From a virus (lineage: Duplodnaviria > Caudoviricetes): a DNA stretch of 35,859 nt. Under the pieces are notes generated by a model that was not told the DNA's origin, did no database searches, and worked only from the letters and a program-made list of their open reading frames with translations. The stretch is from positions 1-35,859 of IMG/VR virus record IMGVR_UViG_3300023105_002895, one strand, 5' to 3'. This document shows, piece by piece, positions 9,658 through 17,904 of this stretch (within the stretch, counting starts at the first letter, position 1; the number at the start of each line of letters is the position of its first letter). A program made the position numbers and the translations under genes.

Positions 9658-10374
9658 ATGAAAATAAATGAAATTCTTTTGGAACAAAAAACTCACAAAG
9701 TATCACAAGGCGATAATTTGTGGCGTATTAGTCAAACATATGGCGTTACTGTAGACGACTTAAAAAAATGGAATAATCTTTCAAGCGACGTGATCCAAAT
9801 GGGCCAAAAACTATTCGTAAGTGCTCCAAGCAGCCAGCCTACAGCAGCATCGACAACAGATCCTAAACCATCGCTAAATAAAACTGTAAAATATCTCATG
9901 GATGCTTTTGTTACATTTGGAAAAAACCAAGGATTATCAGACGAATTATCCGCAATAATAGCAGCAGGTTTTGTAGGCAATCTTAAAGCTGAATCAACTA
10001 CATTCAATCCAGCAGCAGTAGGTGACCGAGGGAAAGCTTTTGGCATAGCTCAGTGGCGAGCTCCAAGAAGGAAAAACTGGGAAACTATGTCTGGATTAGA
10101 ATGGAAGTCAGATGGAAGTCAGCCTAATTTTGAACAACAATTGGAATTTATCATAATAGAATTGTCTACTAGAAAATATGATCATAAAGGCACCGACGGT
10201 TATCCTGCAACAGGTTATGCACATCAATGGAAAAAAATAATCAAAGCAACTACGCCTGAACAAGCTGCAGAACTTGTAGACAAATGGTACGAACAAAGTT
10301 CAGGAGAGCACCGCGAAAAACGCAAGGCTTATGCTAGAGAATTTTATGATGCCTATACAAAATCAATTGACTAA
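9658..10374 (+). CDS. LysM-domain protein with phage tail lysozyme-like muramidase domain
   Basis: LysM: HKVSQGDNLWRISQTYGVTVDDLKKWNNL. Lysozyme: AAGFVGNLKAES...GKAFGIAQW...R. Confidence 0.85.
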   Translation: MKINEILLEQKTHKVSQGDNLWRISQTYGVTVDDLKKWNNLSSDVIQMGQKLFVSAPSSQPTAASTTDPKPSLNKTVKYLMDAFVTFGKNQGLSDELSAIIAAGFVGNLKAESTTFNPAAVGDRGKAFGIAQWRAPRRKNWETMSGLEWKSDGSQPNFEQQLEFIIIELSTRKYDHKGTDGYPATGYAHQWKKIIKATTPEQAAELVDKWYEQSSGEHREKRKAYAREFYDAYTKSID

Positions 10375-10395
10375 TTAATATTATACATATATAAT
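10367..10395 (+). promoter_or_regulatory. Sigma70-type promoter
   Basis: TTGACT-17-TATAAT. Confidence 0.75.
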
Positions 10396-10421
10396 AAACA
10401 TCTTTACTACGGAATAATAAG

Positions 10422-10931
10422 ATGCCAGACGTTTTGGTTTTAAATGCTGATGCAAGACCTCTATCATATCTACCATTAAGTTTAGTGGAATGGAAAGAAG
10501 CAATTACCTACATGTGCTTAGACAAGTGCGCTGTGCTTGAATGGTATGATGATTGGATTGTAAGTTCGCCTAGCTGGGAAACTCGTGTGCCTGCTGTAAT
10601 TATGCTTAAGGATATGTACAAAAGAAAATCACATCCTAGATTTTCAAAAAACAATGTATATCTGCGTGACTTATATAATTGTCAATATTGCGATAAGCAT
10701 TTTCAAAAACGTGAACTAACTATTGATCATGTTGTGCCTATATCAAAAGGTGGTAAGACTAATTGGACTAATATTGTCACTGCATGTAAAAGCTGCAATG
10801 TATACAAAGGCGCTCGTACAGATATACACCCTATAAAAAAACCGTATAGGCCGGATTATTACGAGCTAGTAAGTAAGCGTAAGCAAATGAAATTTGACCT
10901 GCGCCAAGAAAGTTGGAAGCAATACATATAA
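10422..10931 (+). CDS. HNH endonuclease (McrA-like, zinc-binding)
   Basis: VLVLNAD N-terminus and RDLYNCQYC...LTIDHVVPISKGG..NWTNIVTACKSCN. Confidence 0.92.
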   Translation: MPDVLVLNADARPLSYLPLSLVEWKEAITYMCLDKCAVLEWYDDWIVSSPSWETRVPAVIMLKDMYKRKSHPRFSKNNVYLRDLYNCQYCDKHFQKRELTIDHVVPISKGGKTNWTNIVTACKSCNVYKGARTDIHPIKKPYRPDYYELVSKRKQMKFDLRQESWKQYI

Positions 10932-10957
10932 AAAAAGGAGCACTAGGCTCCTTTTTT
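10931..10957. terminator. Bidirectional intrinsic terminator
   Basis: AAAAAA-GGAGC-ACTAG-GCTCC-TTTTTT between convergent genes. Confidence 0.8.
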
Positions 10958-11089
10958 ATTCTTATTACTATCGTTTATACTAAAACCGTGATAGTCTAGT
11001 ATATGTTGATATGGAGCTAGTGCTCTACGTGCCCTAGCCTCTCCAGCTTTTTTCATTGCGTTGCCGACGCCTCTCCAAAATGATTTCAT
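10943..11089 (-). CDS. Small protein, 48 aa (not in ORF track)
   Basis: MKSFWRGVGNAMKKAGEARARRALAPYQHILDYHGF... Coupled by TAATG to the upstream ORF. Confidence 0.65.
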   Translation of the reverse strand: MKSFWRGVGNAMKKAGEARARRALAPYQHILDYHGFSINDSNKNKKGA

Positions 11090-11259
11090 TAGTTGTGATT
11101 CCATACGTCTAGTGTTGTTTTATAGTATTTTTGAAAAGGAGCTTCTCCCCTATTCAACATTTGTTGCCTATTCTCAAGATCATATATATCATGAGCATTG
11201 GCTAAGTAACGTTCTTCATCAGAACGCCGATCAAAAAGTGATTTAATAAATTTACGCAT
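11089..11259 (-). CDS. DUF3563-like small protein, 56 aa (not in ORF track)
   Basis: MRKFIKSLFDRRSDEERYLANAHDIYDLENRQQMLNRG matches the E.YLA.A.DIYDLE.R pattern. AGGA RBS. Confidence 0.7.
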   Translation of the reverse strand: MRKFIKSLFDRRSDEERYLANAHDIYDLENRQQMLNRGEAPFQKYYKTTLDVWNHN

Positions 11260-11356
11260 CTGTGTCTGTTCCTATCTGATATCCGTGTAGGTTAACTTCC
11301 CAAGGAAGTTCAAAAATTGTAATGAATTTTTTTATTTTTTGTTGAATTGTTTTCAT
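11252..11356 (-). CDS. Small protein, 34 aa (not in ORF track)
   Basis: MKTIQQKIKKFITIFELPWEVNLHGYQIGTDTDA. TAATG overlap upstream and 8-nt overlap downstream. Confidence 0.5.
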   Translation of the reverse strand: MKTIQQKIKKFITIFELPWEVNLHGYQIGTDTDA

Positions 11357-11514
11357 TACAATTTTACCCTATTGCGAATACCTTCGATTGCCACATCTTG
11401 TGGAATACCATTTTTCATAAGATTACGAACCTCAAGGCCGTACTCCATACGAATAAATTGGTCAACATCAGCGTCTTTTGACTTTCGTGAAAAAAGTCTG
11501 CCTAGTTTAAACAT
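11356..11514 (-). CDS. Small protein, 52 aa (not in ORF track)
   Basis: AAAGGA RBS. MFKLGRLFSRKSKDADVDQFIRMEYGLEVRNLMKNGIPQDVAIEGIRNRVKL. Confidence 0.7.
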   Translation of the reverse strand: MFKLGRLFSRKSKDADVDQFIRMEYGLEVRNLMKNGIPQDVAIEGIRNRVKL

Positions 11515-11602
11515 AGTATTTTAGTCCTTTTGTTGTGTGTAAGTAAAATATTTTAGAGAAAGAAAATGTTTTTACTAACTCTATTTACACATACTATAAC
11601 AC

Positions 11603-11629
11603 AAAAAAGGGGCTTTAATAGCCCCTTTT
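11603..11629 (-). terminator. Intrinsic terminator after lipase
   Basis: AAAAGGGGCT-TTAAT-AGCCCCTTTT hairpin with a U-tract on the minus strand. Confidence 0.75.
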
Positions 11630-11675
11630 AAAACAAACGATCTTTGCATAAAACGCATAAGTTCGACCGATAATA

Positions 11676-12422
11676 CTAATTTGCCTTGCAGTGCTTTGCG
11701 TATAGGCTACAAGTATGATCGTTTATCATATCCATTTTGTTGCCCATTATGCCATTCCAACGATCCATCATTTTTTTAATGAAGTCAACTTTGACAACCA
11801 TTCCGTTAGAGTTGATATATTTTTCTGTCCCTGCATGCTTGAATCCCATAAAAGCTGGGGGTACCATAGTAACAATATCATTATTGTTAACCCAGCGATA
11901 ATGTGTTTTATCTTTCATACTATCTGCAAAAACAGCATCGCCTGCCCGTGGTGATCCAAATGTATGAAGTTCTACTGGATCAGGTAGTGCATCGTCTTCC
12001 CAGGCACGGCTTGCCATAATTGTAATCATTGCTGCACCTAAGCTATGACCAGTAAACCATAAGTTACGAGAATCACCATTTAATGCAACTAGATCTTCAT
12101 ATATCATTTCCCAAATATCATCTGCTTCTCTTTTAAAACCTTTGTGAACTTTGCCTACAGTTTCGCTATCTTCTTTCCTAGCATCTAAATCTGCTAGCAT
12201 ATCATTAAAATTGCCCGGTTCAGTGCCTCTACAAACAAAAACAACATCGGCATCGCTTTCAAATCGGTATGCTTGTGCTCCGTCTCTGTCATAATATTCT
12301 AGTGTGTGAAATCCAAATTCTTCTACAGATTTTTTTGCTTCTTCTGGCTCTTGGTATACAAATTCAGATAGTTTTGCTAATATGTGGCCTCTCCCCGAGA
12401 CCCGTAGTGATTTCATATTCAT
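11676..12422 (-). CDS. Class 3 lipase (alpha/beta hydrolase)
   Basis: VFVCRGTE, VHKGF, nucleophile elbow TGHSLGAA, TFGSPRAG, RWVNNNDIVTMVP, distal DH. Start at 12422 after a GGGAG RBS. TAAATA at 12447-12452. Confidence 0.92.
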   Translation of the reverse strand: MNMKSLRVSGRGHILAKLSEFVYQEPEEAKKSVEEFGFHTLEYYDRDGAQAYRFESDADVVFVCRGTEPGNFNDMLADLDARKEDSETVGKVHKGFKREADDIWEMIYEDLVALNGDSRNLWFTGHSLGAAMITIMASRAWEDDALPDPVELHTFGSPRAGDAVFADSMKDKTHYRWVNNNDIVTMVPPAFMGFKHAGTEKYINSNGMVVKVDFIKKMMDRWNGIMGNKMDMINDHTCSLYAKHCKAN

Positions 12423-12474
12423 TGGTTGCTCTCCCGTTCCCAAATGTATTTATTCAACAGGTGGTAAATACTGT

Positions 12475-12726
12475 ATGCGTAAAAAAACAAGATCAATCCT
12501 AGAAGAATTGCAACACTATAATCATTTGAATGCAGACTCGATGGTAGAATCGTCAGCATCAAATATACTAGAAAGCGTAATAAATTTGCTAGATCGTGTA
12601 AACACTGATTATGGTTCTGACGCATGTTTAAAATTAGAGAAAAAATTTATTAATGCACTCAAAACCGGCGATACTGAAAAGTTTCGCAGAGGTATGAAAA
12701 AAATACTAGAGGAATCAAAAAAATGA
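12475..12726 (+). CDS. Hypothetical late protein
   Basis: ATG 4 nt after TAAATA (12465-12470). MRKKTRSILEEL. ATGA overlap with the next gene. Confidence 0.7.
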   Translation: MRKKTRSILEELQHYNHLNADSMVESSASNILESVINLLDRVNTDYGSDACLKLEKKFINALKTGDTEKFRRGMKKILEESKK

Positions 12727-13457
12727 TTTTAAATGAAGGTGGTAATATTTTTAAAGATCCTGAGGGCAACATGCTCACTCAAAGAATAGATAAAAATGAT
12801 GTTGTGCCTACATTAAGATGGTTAGAAAATATTACTGGTTTGCCGCATGAAGATTTTATGTTAGGATCTACTGGTAGAAAAGAAACAAGCGGTGACTTAG
12901 ATGTTGCAGTAAATCAGCAAGACGTGTCTAAGGATGACCTTGTACAAAAGTTAGCAGCTTGGTGCACACAAAATGGTAAAGATCCAAAATCGTGGATAAG
13001 AAAAACTGGAATAAGTGTGCACTTTCTTACACCGATACGCGGTGACGAAGCAAACGGATATGTGCAAACTGATCTTATGTTTGGCGACCCAGAATGGATG
13101 AAGTGGAGCATGGCAGGCTCTAATGATGCAACAGCGTATTCAGGTGCAGAAAGACAGATTGTAATGAGTAGTATAGCATCTGCACAAGCCTATAAATGGA
13201 GCCCTCAAAAAGGTCTAATAGATCGTATGTCTGACCAAGTGATTACACGAAATCCTCAAGAAATTGCTCAGCACTTAATTGGACCTAATGCCCAAGCTGA
13301 TGATTTAGAAAGCGTAGAAACAATTCTTACAGCGTTGCGCAATAGAGTTGATTACCAAGATTTAGTTGCTGCGGCTAAGGAAACATTGCAAAAAAGAGGA
13401 ATAACCTTACCAGAAGGCGCAGATATAACAAGATTAAAAAATCTAGCAGGTATATAA
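12723..13457 (+). CDS. Pol-beta-superfamily nucleotidyltransferase-like protein
   Basis: hGS-x7-GDLDV signature (LGSTGRKETSGDLDVAV) plus a third acidic residue in VQTDLMF. Confidence 0.65.
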   Translation: MILNEGGNIFKDPEGNMLTQRIDKNDVVPTLRWLENITGLPHEDFMLGSTGRKETSGDLDVAVNQQDVSKDDLVQKLAAWCTQNGKDPKSWIRKTGISVHFLTPIRGDEANGYVQTDLMFGDPEWMKWSMAGSNDATAYSGAERQIVMSSIASAQAYKWSPQKGLIDRMSDQVITRNPQEIAQHLIGPNAQADDLESVETILTALRNRVDYQDLVAAAKETLQKRGITLPEGADITRLKNLAGI

Positions 13458-14639
13458 ATGAAAATTACAGAATTATTTGAAGGTGCTAAGATTCTAAATG
13501 AAGGTGCCGAAGCTCGTATACAGCACGCAGAGGATCTTGTATTTTGGGAAGGATCTGCTGGTGCTCGTAGAGCAATAGAAGCGCTTAAGAGTCTTGAACA
13601 GGGAAAGCATAAAAATGTTACAATTAAATGGGACGGATCGCCTGCTATAATATTTGGTAGAAACGAAGAAGGAAAATTTGTTTTCACAGATAAAAGCGGA
13701 TTTGGTGCAAAAGGATACGATGGTAAACCTACAAGCCAAGTTGATGTAGAAGTAATGTTTAGACGTAGAAATCCAAATAATCCTGAAAAACAAGCAATAT
13801 TTGCACAAAAAATGGCACAATTATATAAAATCTATGAGCAAAGTTTTCCAAAACATGTAATTGGTTATTTAAAAGGTGACTTGCTATATTTCACTAGACC
13901 CGAAATGCAAGATAACAAATATGTGTTTACACCTAATATTGTAACCTATGAAGTTGATGCATCAAGTAATATAGGCAAACAAATAGGGCAAAGTACCAGT
14001 GGCGTAGTTGTACATAGATTTATGACACCAGATGGAGTTGACTCAGCAGTACCTGAGTCCATCCTGAATCAAATGCAATCGAGAGAGGTGTTGTATTTTC
14101 CACCAGCTACAGTAGAACGTGCTCCTAATGTAAATGACTCTGATATAAAAGAGGCATTTGGATTTATACAACAGTCTGGCGCACAAATCGATGATATGTT
14201 GAATACAGAACGATTAACAAGGTTAAAAATGAAAGATTTGCCTAATATCTTCTATACATATCTAAATAGGAAAGTTGATACTGGTTTGCAAAATCTAGGT
14301 TCTGACTTTGTAACTTGGATGAACACTAGTAAAGTATCGCCTGCAAAACAAGAGCGTATCCAACAATACATTAGTGAGCATCAAAACGCTTTCTCAGCAA
14401 TGTGGCAATTAGTTACAATGGTAATGAATGTGAAAGATAATATTATTAATCAATTTGATTCTCATAACACCGCGATAAAAGCCCATATAAATGGCCAAGA
14501 CGGCGGTGAAGGGTATGTTTTAGATCATGCAGACGGTGCTATTAAACTAGTTAACAGAGCTGGATTTACAGCAGCTAACAGAGCAGTACAAAGAGAGTCT
14601 AAAGATATTAACCAAATAAAAAGGCTTAGTGGTTTATAA
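13458..14639 (+). CDS. DUF6267-like protein with ATP-dependent ligase-type motifs
   Basis: KWDG (motif I), KGDLLY (III-like), GEGYVL (IV) and IKLVNR (V), in the correct order. Confidence 0.6.
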   Translation: MKITELFEGAKILNEGAEARIQHAEDLVFWEGSAGARRAIEALKSLEQGKHKNVTIKWDGSPAIIFGRNEEGKFVFTDKSGFGAKGYDGKPTSQVDVEVMFRRRNPNNPEKQAIFAQKMAQLYKIYEQSFPKHVIGYLKGDLLYFTRPEMQDNKYVFTPNIVTYEVDASSNIGKQIGQSTSGVVVHRFMTPDGVDSAVPESILNQMQSREVLYFPPATVERAPNVNDSDIKEAFGFIQQSGAQIDDMLNTERLTRLKMKDLPNIFYTYLNRKVDTGLQNLGSDFVTWMNTSKVSPAKQERIQQYISEHQNAFSAMWQLVTMVMNVKDNIINQFDSHNTAIKAHINGQDGGEGYVLDHADGAIKLVNRAGFTAANRAVQRESKDINQIKRLSGL

Positions 14640-15508
14640 TGATGGATTTTATAAAAGAACTTCACGAAGCAAGGATGATTAAAAATAGTAGAGATCAAAA
14701 ATCTCTAACTTACACCGACTGCTGTGAAAAATTATTTTTGATTCTTTGTATACTTGAAGTTATGCGATACGATAAAAATAATGACTCTTTTATCAAAAAC
14801 TACGCATATAACACAAAATCTAACAACTATGCAGACTTTAAGATATCTAGTACTGATTTGTATAATTTTATGCATTTTGCTTTAGGCAAAGACGATGTTT
14901 TAGACAAACTTAAAGACCCTGGTGCAGCAAAGAAAGTAAGAAGAACTACTTTTTTACCTAGAGATGAAATTAATCTTTATCTTGCAAAAATAGAAAATAA
15001 TCCTCGTAGCAGTAGTATTCAACCTTATCAACTGTTTTTTTCAATATATAAAAGTTTAGGATCTATTATTGGAGAATATAACGGATTACGACAACGTTTA
15101 GGAAATTATACAAAAATTCCTAAAACAGAAAGAAAAGAATTAATAACTAAACTTTTGTTTGCTGCTAGAGCAAAGCTACGCTCAAGTGATATCATAGACG
15201 ATTTTTCTAGATGGGCAGCAAAAAACAATCTTGAAGTAGACTACATAGATGATACTGAAATAGAAATTTCAAAACCTGATTTTGATAGCGCATCATCTAA
15301 AGACATGGCATACTATAGAATGTTAGTCGGAACTGAAAAAATGGTTTTAGCACATAAATTTGTCGAAAGAGCCTTTAGAAAACAGACAGCTCCGCTCAAC
15401 TATATTGAAAGTTATTTGCCTATCATAACTATGATCCATGATTTTATAAAAGCAGGTCCTACAGCAATACATCAGCTTAAATTACTCCATAAAAGAATAA
15501 AAAAGTAG
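14639..15508 (+). CDS. Hypothetical protein
   Basis: 289 aa, coupled by TAATG to the previous gene. Confidence 0.75.
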   Translation: MMDFIKELHEARMIKNSRDQKSLTYTDCCEKLFLILCILEVMRYDKNNDSFIKNYAYNTKSNNYADFKISSTDLYNFMHFALGKDDVLDKLKDPGAAKKVRRTTFLPRDEINLYLAKIENNPRSSSIQPYQLFFSIYKSLGSIIGEYNGLRQRLGNYTKIPKTERKELITKLLFAARAKLRSSDIIDDFSRWAAKNNLEVDYIDDTEIEISKPDFDSASSKDMAYYRMLVGTEKMVLAHKFVERAFRKQTAPLNYIESYLPIITMIHDFIKAGPTAIHQLKLLHKRIKK

Positions 15509-15593
15509 CAGCTAGATTATATTTTTTTAATAAATGATAAATACTTTTAACAAAACCTAGTCTAGGTTTTGAAACAATTTAGGAGATTTAAAA

Positions 15594-15968
15594 ATGGCAA
15601 GTCAAGCTAAAGTAAATGGTTTAACAACCGCAGGTAGTTTTTATGGTTACGATCCAATCATTCTAAAAATTACTGGTACTAATGTTGCAACAGCAGACGT
15701 AGCGTCAGTTGACGGTATCGCAGCTTTCACCGAAGGTAACTTTTCAAAAGCAATCCGTGCTATTCAAACACAGATGAGCATCGTACACATTGGTGAGCGT
15801 GCTGATAACCTAGTTTGTGTGATGGTAGACGGTGCAACAGCAAACGCTTATGTTTCTGCAAATTCTGATACAGATGTTGCAGCAGCAGTAAAAGCACTCG
15901 TAGATACAGCTACAAGTGTAACATCAACTGTAACTGAAATCACACTTGCAGCTGGTGATTTAACTTAA
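15594..15968 (+). CDS. Probable abundant virion protein (head decoration/structural candidate)
   Basis: Has its own TAAATA (15538), a strong AGGAG RBS and its own terminator. Ala/Thr/Val-rich. Confidence 0.6.
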   Translation: MASQAKVNGLTTAGSFYGYDPIILKITGTNVATADVASVDGIAAFTEGNFSKAIRAIQTQMSIVHIGERADNLVCVMVDGATANAYVSANSDTDVAAAVKALVDTATSVTSTVTEITLAAGDLT

Positions 15969-15988
15969 TCTAAATTAGATTTAGTAAT

Positions 15989-16022
15989 AAAAAAGCGTCA
16001 CTTTTTTAGTGGCGCTTTTTTT
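15989..16022 (+). terminator. Intrinsic terminator
   Basis: AAAAGCGTCACT-TTTTT-AGTGGCGC-TTTTTTT. Confidence 0.85.
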
Positions 16023-16039
16023 ATGGCTGTAAATACAGT

Positions 16040-16423
16040 ATGAAATTTAGAATTGAAACTCTTGTAGATATTACAGAAACGCATACAAGACGTCGAAATA
16101 ACAAACAAAGCCATCAGCAAGACAATTGTGATACAGTTATACAAACAATTGGGTTACGTGTAAATGTAACTAATGTTAAAGTAACTTGTGTAAAAGAAAA
16201 TTGTGACAAAAAATTTGGTAGTGTATACAAAGGGCAACAATCGATTTGGTGCTTTGAGTTTGAACCGAACATACAAGACGCAACTAATGTAGAAGCACTA
16301 GTAGCAGACTTTGATAATGTGCCAGTGATTGTAGGCTTAGACGAATCAGTTTCATTTGATTTACCTTGCTTTTACACGCATGACAATTTGTTATGCAATA
16401 TTATTTTTTCTGTTATAGAATAA
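16040..16423 (+). CDS. Hypothetical late protein
   Basis: TAAATA at 16030-16035. 127 aa. Confidence 0.75.
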   Translation: MKFRIETLVDITETHTRRRNNKQSHQQDNCDTVIQTIGLRVNVTNVKVTCVKENCDKKFGSVYKGQQSIWCFEFEPNIQDATNVEALVADFDNVPVIVGLDESVSFDLPCFYTHDNLLCNIIFSVIE

Positions 16424-16444
16424 ATACTTTATAGGTAGGGACAT

Positions 16445-16696
16445 ATGAGTACAACAAATTTAGAAAAAGAAAATTTAGAAGCTCATGTTGATTTATGCGC
16501 TCAACGTTATGAAATTCTAGAGTATAGGTTAGAACAGGTAGAAAAAAATATAGTAGCATTGCATGATATGATGACTAACCAAAATGATATTATAAGACGA
16601 AATAACAAAACTCTTATAACTACTATAATTTCAACTGCTGGTGCTTTAATGACGGGACTGTTGTCAACTATAATAGTTTTATTATTAAAAGGATAA
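16445..16696 (+). CDS. Coiled-coil protein with C-terminal transmembrane helix
   Basis: LEAHVDLCAQRY...coil...LITTIISTAGALMTGLLSTIIVLLL. TAAATA at 16421. Confidence 0.75.
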   Translation: MSTTNLEKENLEAHVDLCAQRYEILEYRLEQVEKNIVALHDMMTNQNDIIRRNNKTLITTIISTAGALMTGLLSTIIVLLLKG

Positions 16697-16699
16697 AAA

Positions 16700-16954
16700 A
16701 TGAACGAAGCAAGACAGATATGGGGCAGAAAAGGCAGTACACTTGTACGGAAATATAGATGTACAGGCGGAAAGCGTAAAGGCAGAATTGTAACTTCGCC
16801 AACCGCTTGTCATGCTGCGCCTAATGTAAAACGCAGTGCTAGCATGAAAGTTACACGAGCACGCCTAGGTAAGATTATGGCTCGTAAAGCTAAACGTACT
16901 AGAAAAATAAATCCAGCAAGTAAAAAACTTGCACAAGGAATGAATCGGAGATAA
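16700..16954 (+). CDS. Highly basic hypothetical protein
   Basis: Arg/Lys-rich, 84 aa, two Cys. Confidence 0.75.
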   Translation: MNEARQIWGRKGSTLVRKYRCTGGKRKGRIVTSPTACHAAPNVKRSASMKVTRARLGKIMARKAKRTRKINPASKKLAQGMNRR

Positions 16955-16956
16955 TA

Positions 16957-17286
16957 ATGACATCCACATCTAGATTAATGCGATACTACGCTGACATACT
17001 TTCAGAAAATCCCTCTGAACAGCGTGCAGCACAATTGAAAACTTTAGAAGCTGAAATAACAAACTTAGAAGCTACAATAAAATCAAAGCGCATAGAGATT
17101 GACAATTTAGAAAAAACATTACAGGCTAAAAGACTGCAAAAAGGCCAAATAACACAAACACCAATGCCTAATACAGCATCAGTTACACCTCCTACACCTG
17201 CAGGACAGCAGCCTGCTACAGCGCAGCCAAATCCAACAGCACCAAATCCAACAGCTCCTACACAAAGTACAACAGCAGTAACATGA
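16957..17286 (+). CDS. Coiled-coil protein with Pro/Thr/Gln-rich tail
   Basis: Heptad pattern followed by PNPTAPNPTAP (15-bp tandem at 17227-17255). Confidence 0.7.
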   Translation: MTSTSRLMRYYADILSENPSEQRAAQLKTLEAEITNLEATIKSKRIEIDNLEKTLQAKRLQKGQITQTPMPNTASVTPPTPAGQQPATAQPNPTAPNPTAPTQSTTAVT

Positions 17287-17516
17287 AAGTAAATGAACTC
17301 CTAATAAGCTACGAGATTTTTAGATCTAATGCTGAACAAGATTTGCTAGGCAAGTTAGGCGTAGGAGTTCCTCTTGAAAGTTTAACTGAAAATGAAGAAG
17401 TCATATTCATTAGCTTAGAAAGAAAGAATCTAGTAAATAGAGTAGAAAAAGACGGACAGGTTTTAGTAAAACGCAATGAATACTGTTATACCCCATTTAC
17501 AAGAACTTTTGAATAG
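17283..17516 (+). CDS. Hypothetical protein
   Basis: ATGA overlap. N-terminus MKVNELL. Confidence 0.7.
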   Translation: MKVNELLISYEIFRSNAEQDLLGKLGVGVPLESLTENEEVIFISLERKNLVNRVEKDGQVLVKRNEYCYTPFTRTFE

Positions 17517-17880
17517 TATCGATATAACTAAGTTGCCTTATGAAAAAGGCAATGTAATTTATATAGGGAATTCTTGTGTTAAAAAGATACCTAGTGGCTA
17601 CAAAATTTTTAGAAGAAAAAAATTTGTAGCCGAAACATTCAGTAAAATTGCTGCTATTATCCTTGCTAAAGAAAACGTATCGTTAATAAATTTTAACAAA
17701 ATTAAAAGTCTAGACACGAGTATAGAAAAACATTTTAACGATTGCGTTTTTTATAAAAATATATTAAACTCATCTAGTAATTATACAAACAAACAAGTGT
17801 TAGAAAACAGATTACAAATAAGTACAGAAAAAATAAAATTTGCTTTTAAAGAATTATCAAACATTTTGTTTGTAAATTGA
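17476..17880 (+). CDS. Hypothetical protein
   Basis: 134-aa ORF in the operon. Confidence 0.65.
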   Translation: MNTVIPHLQELLNSIDITKLPYEKGNVIYIGNSCVKKIPSGYKIFRRKKFVAETFSKIAAIILAKENVSLINFNKIKSLDTSIEKHFNDCVFYKNILNSSSNYTNKQVLENRLQISTEKIKFAFKELSNILFVN

Positions 17881-17904
17881 TAAATATTATAAACAATTGG
17901 AACT

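Noticed and set aside
10422-10931. HNH gene as an intron-encoded or mobile homing element
   Set aside because: It is free-standing with its own promoter and terminator and interrupts no gene. nrdA and nrdB also appear uninterrupted.
11061-11524. Plus-strand 61-aa ORFs at 11061 and 11339
   Set aside because: TTG starts without an RBS. The minus strand has a coupled four-ORF operon with RBS and promoter.
17227-17255. 15-bp tandem repeat
   Set aside because: Only two copies, encoding a low-complexity PNPTA linker.
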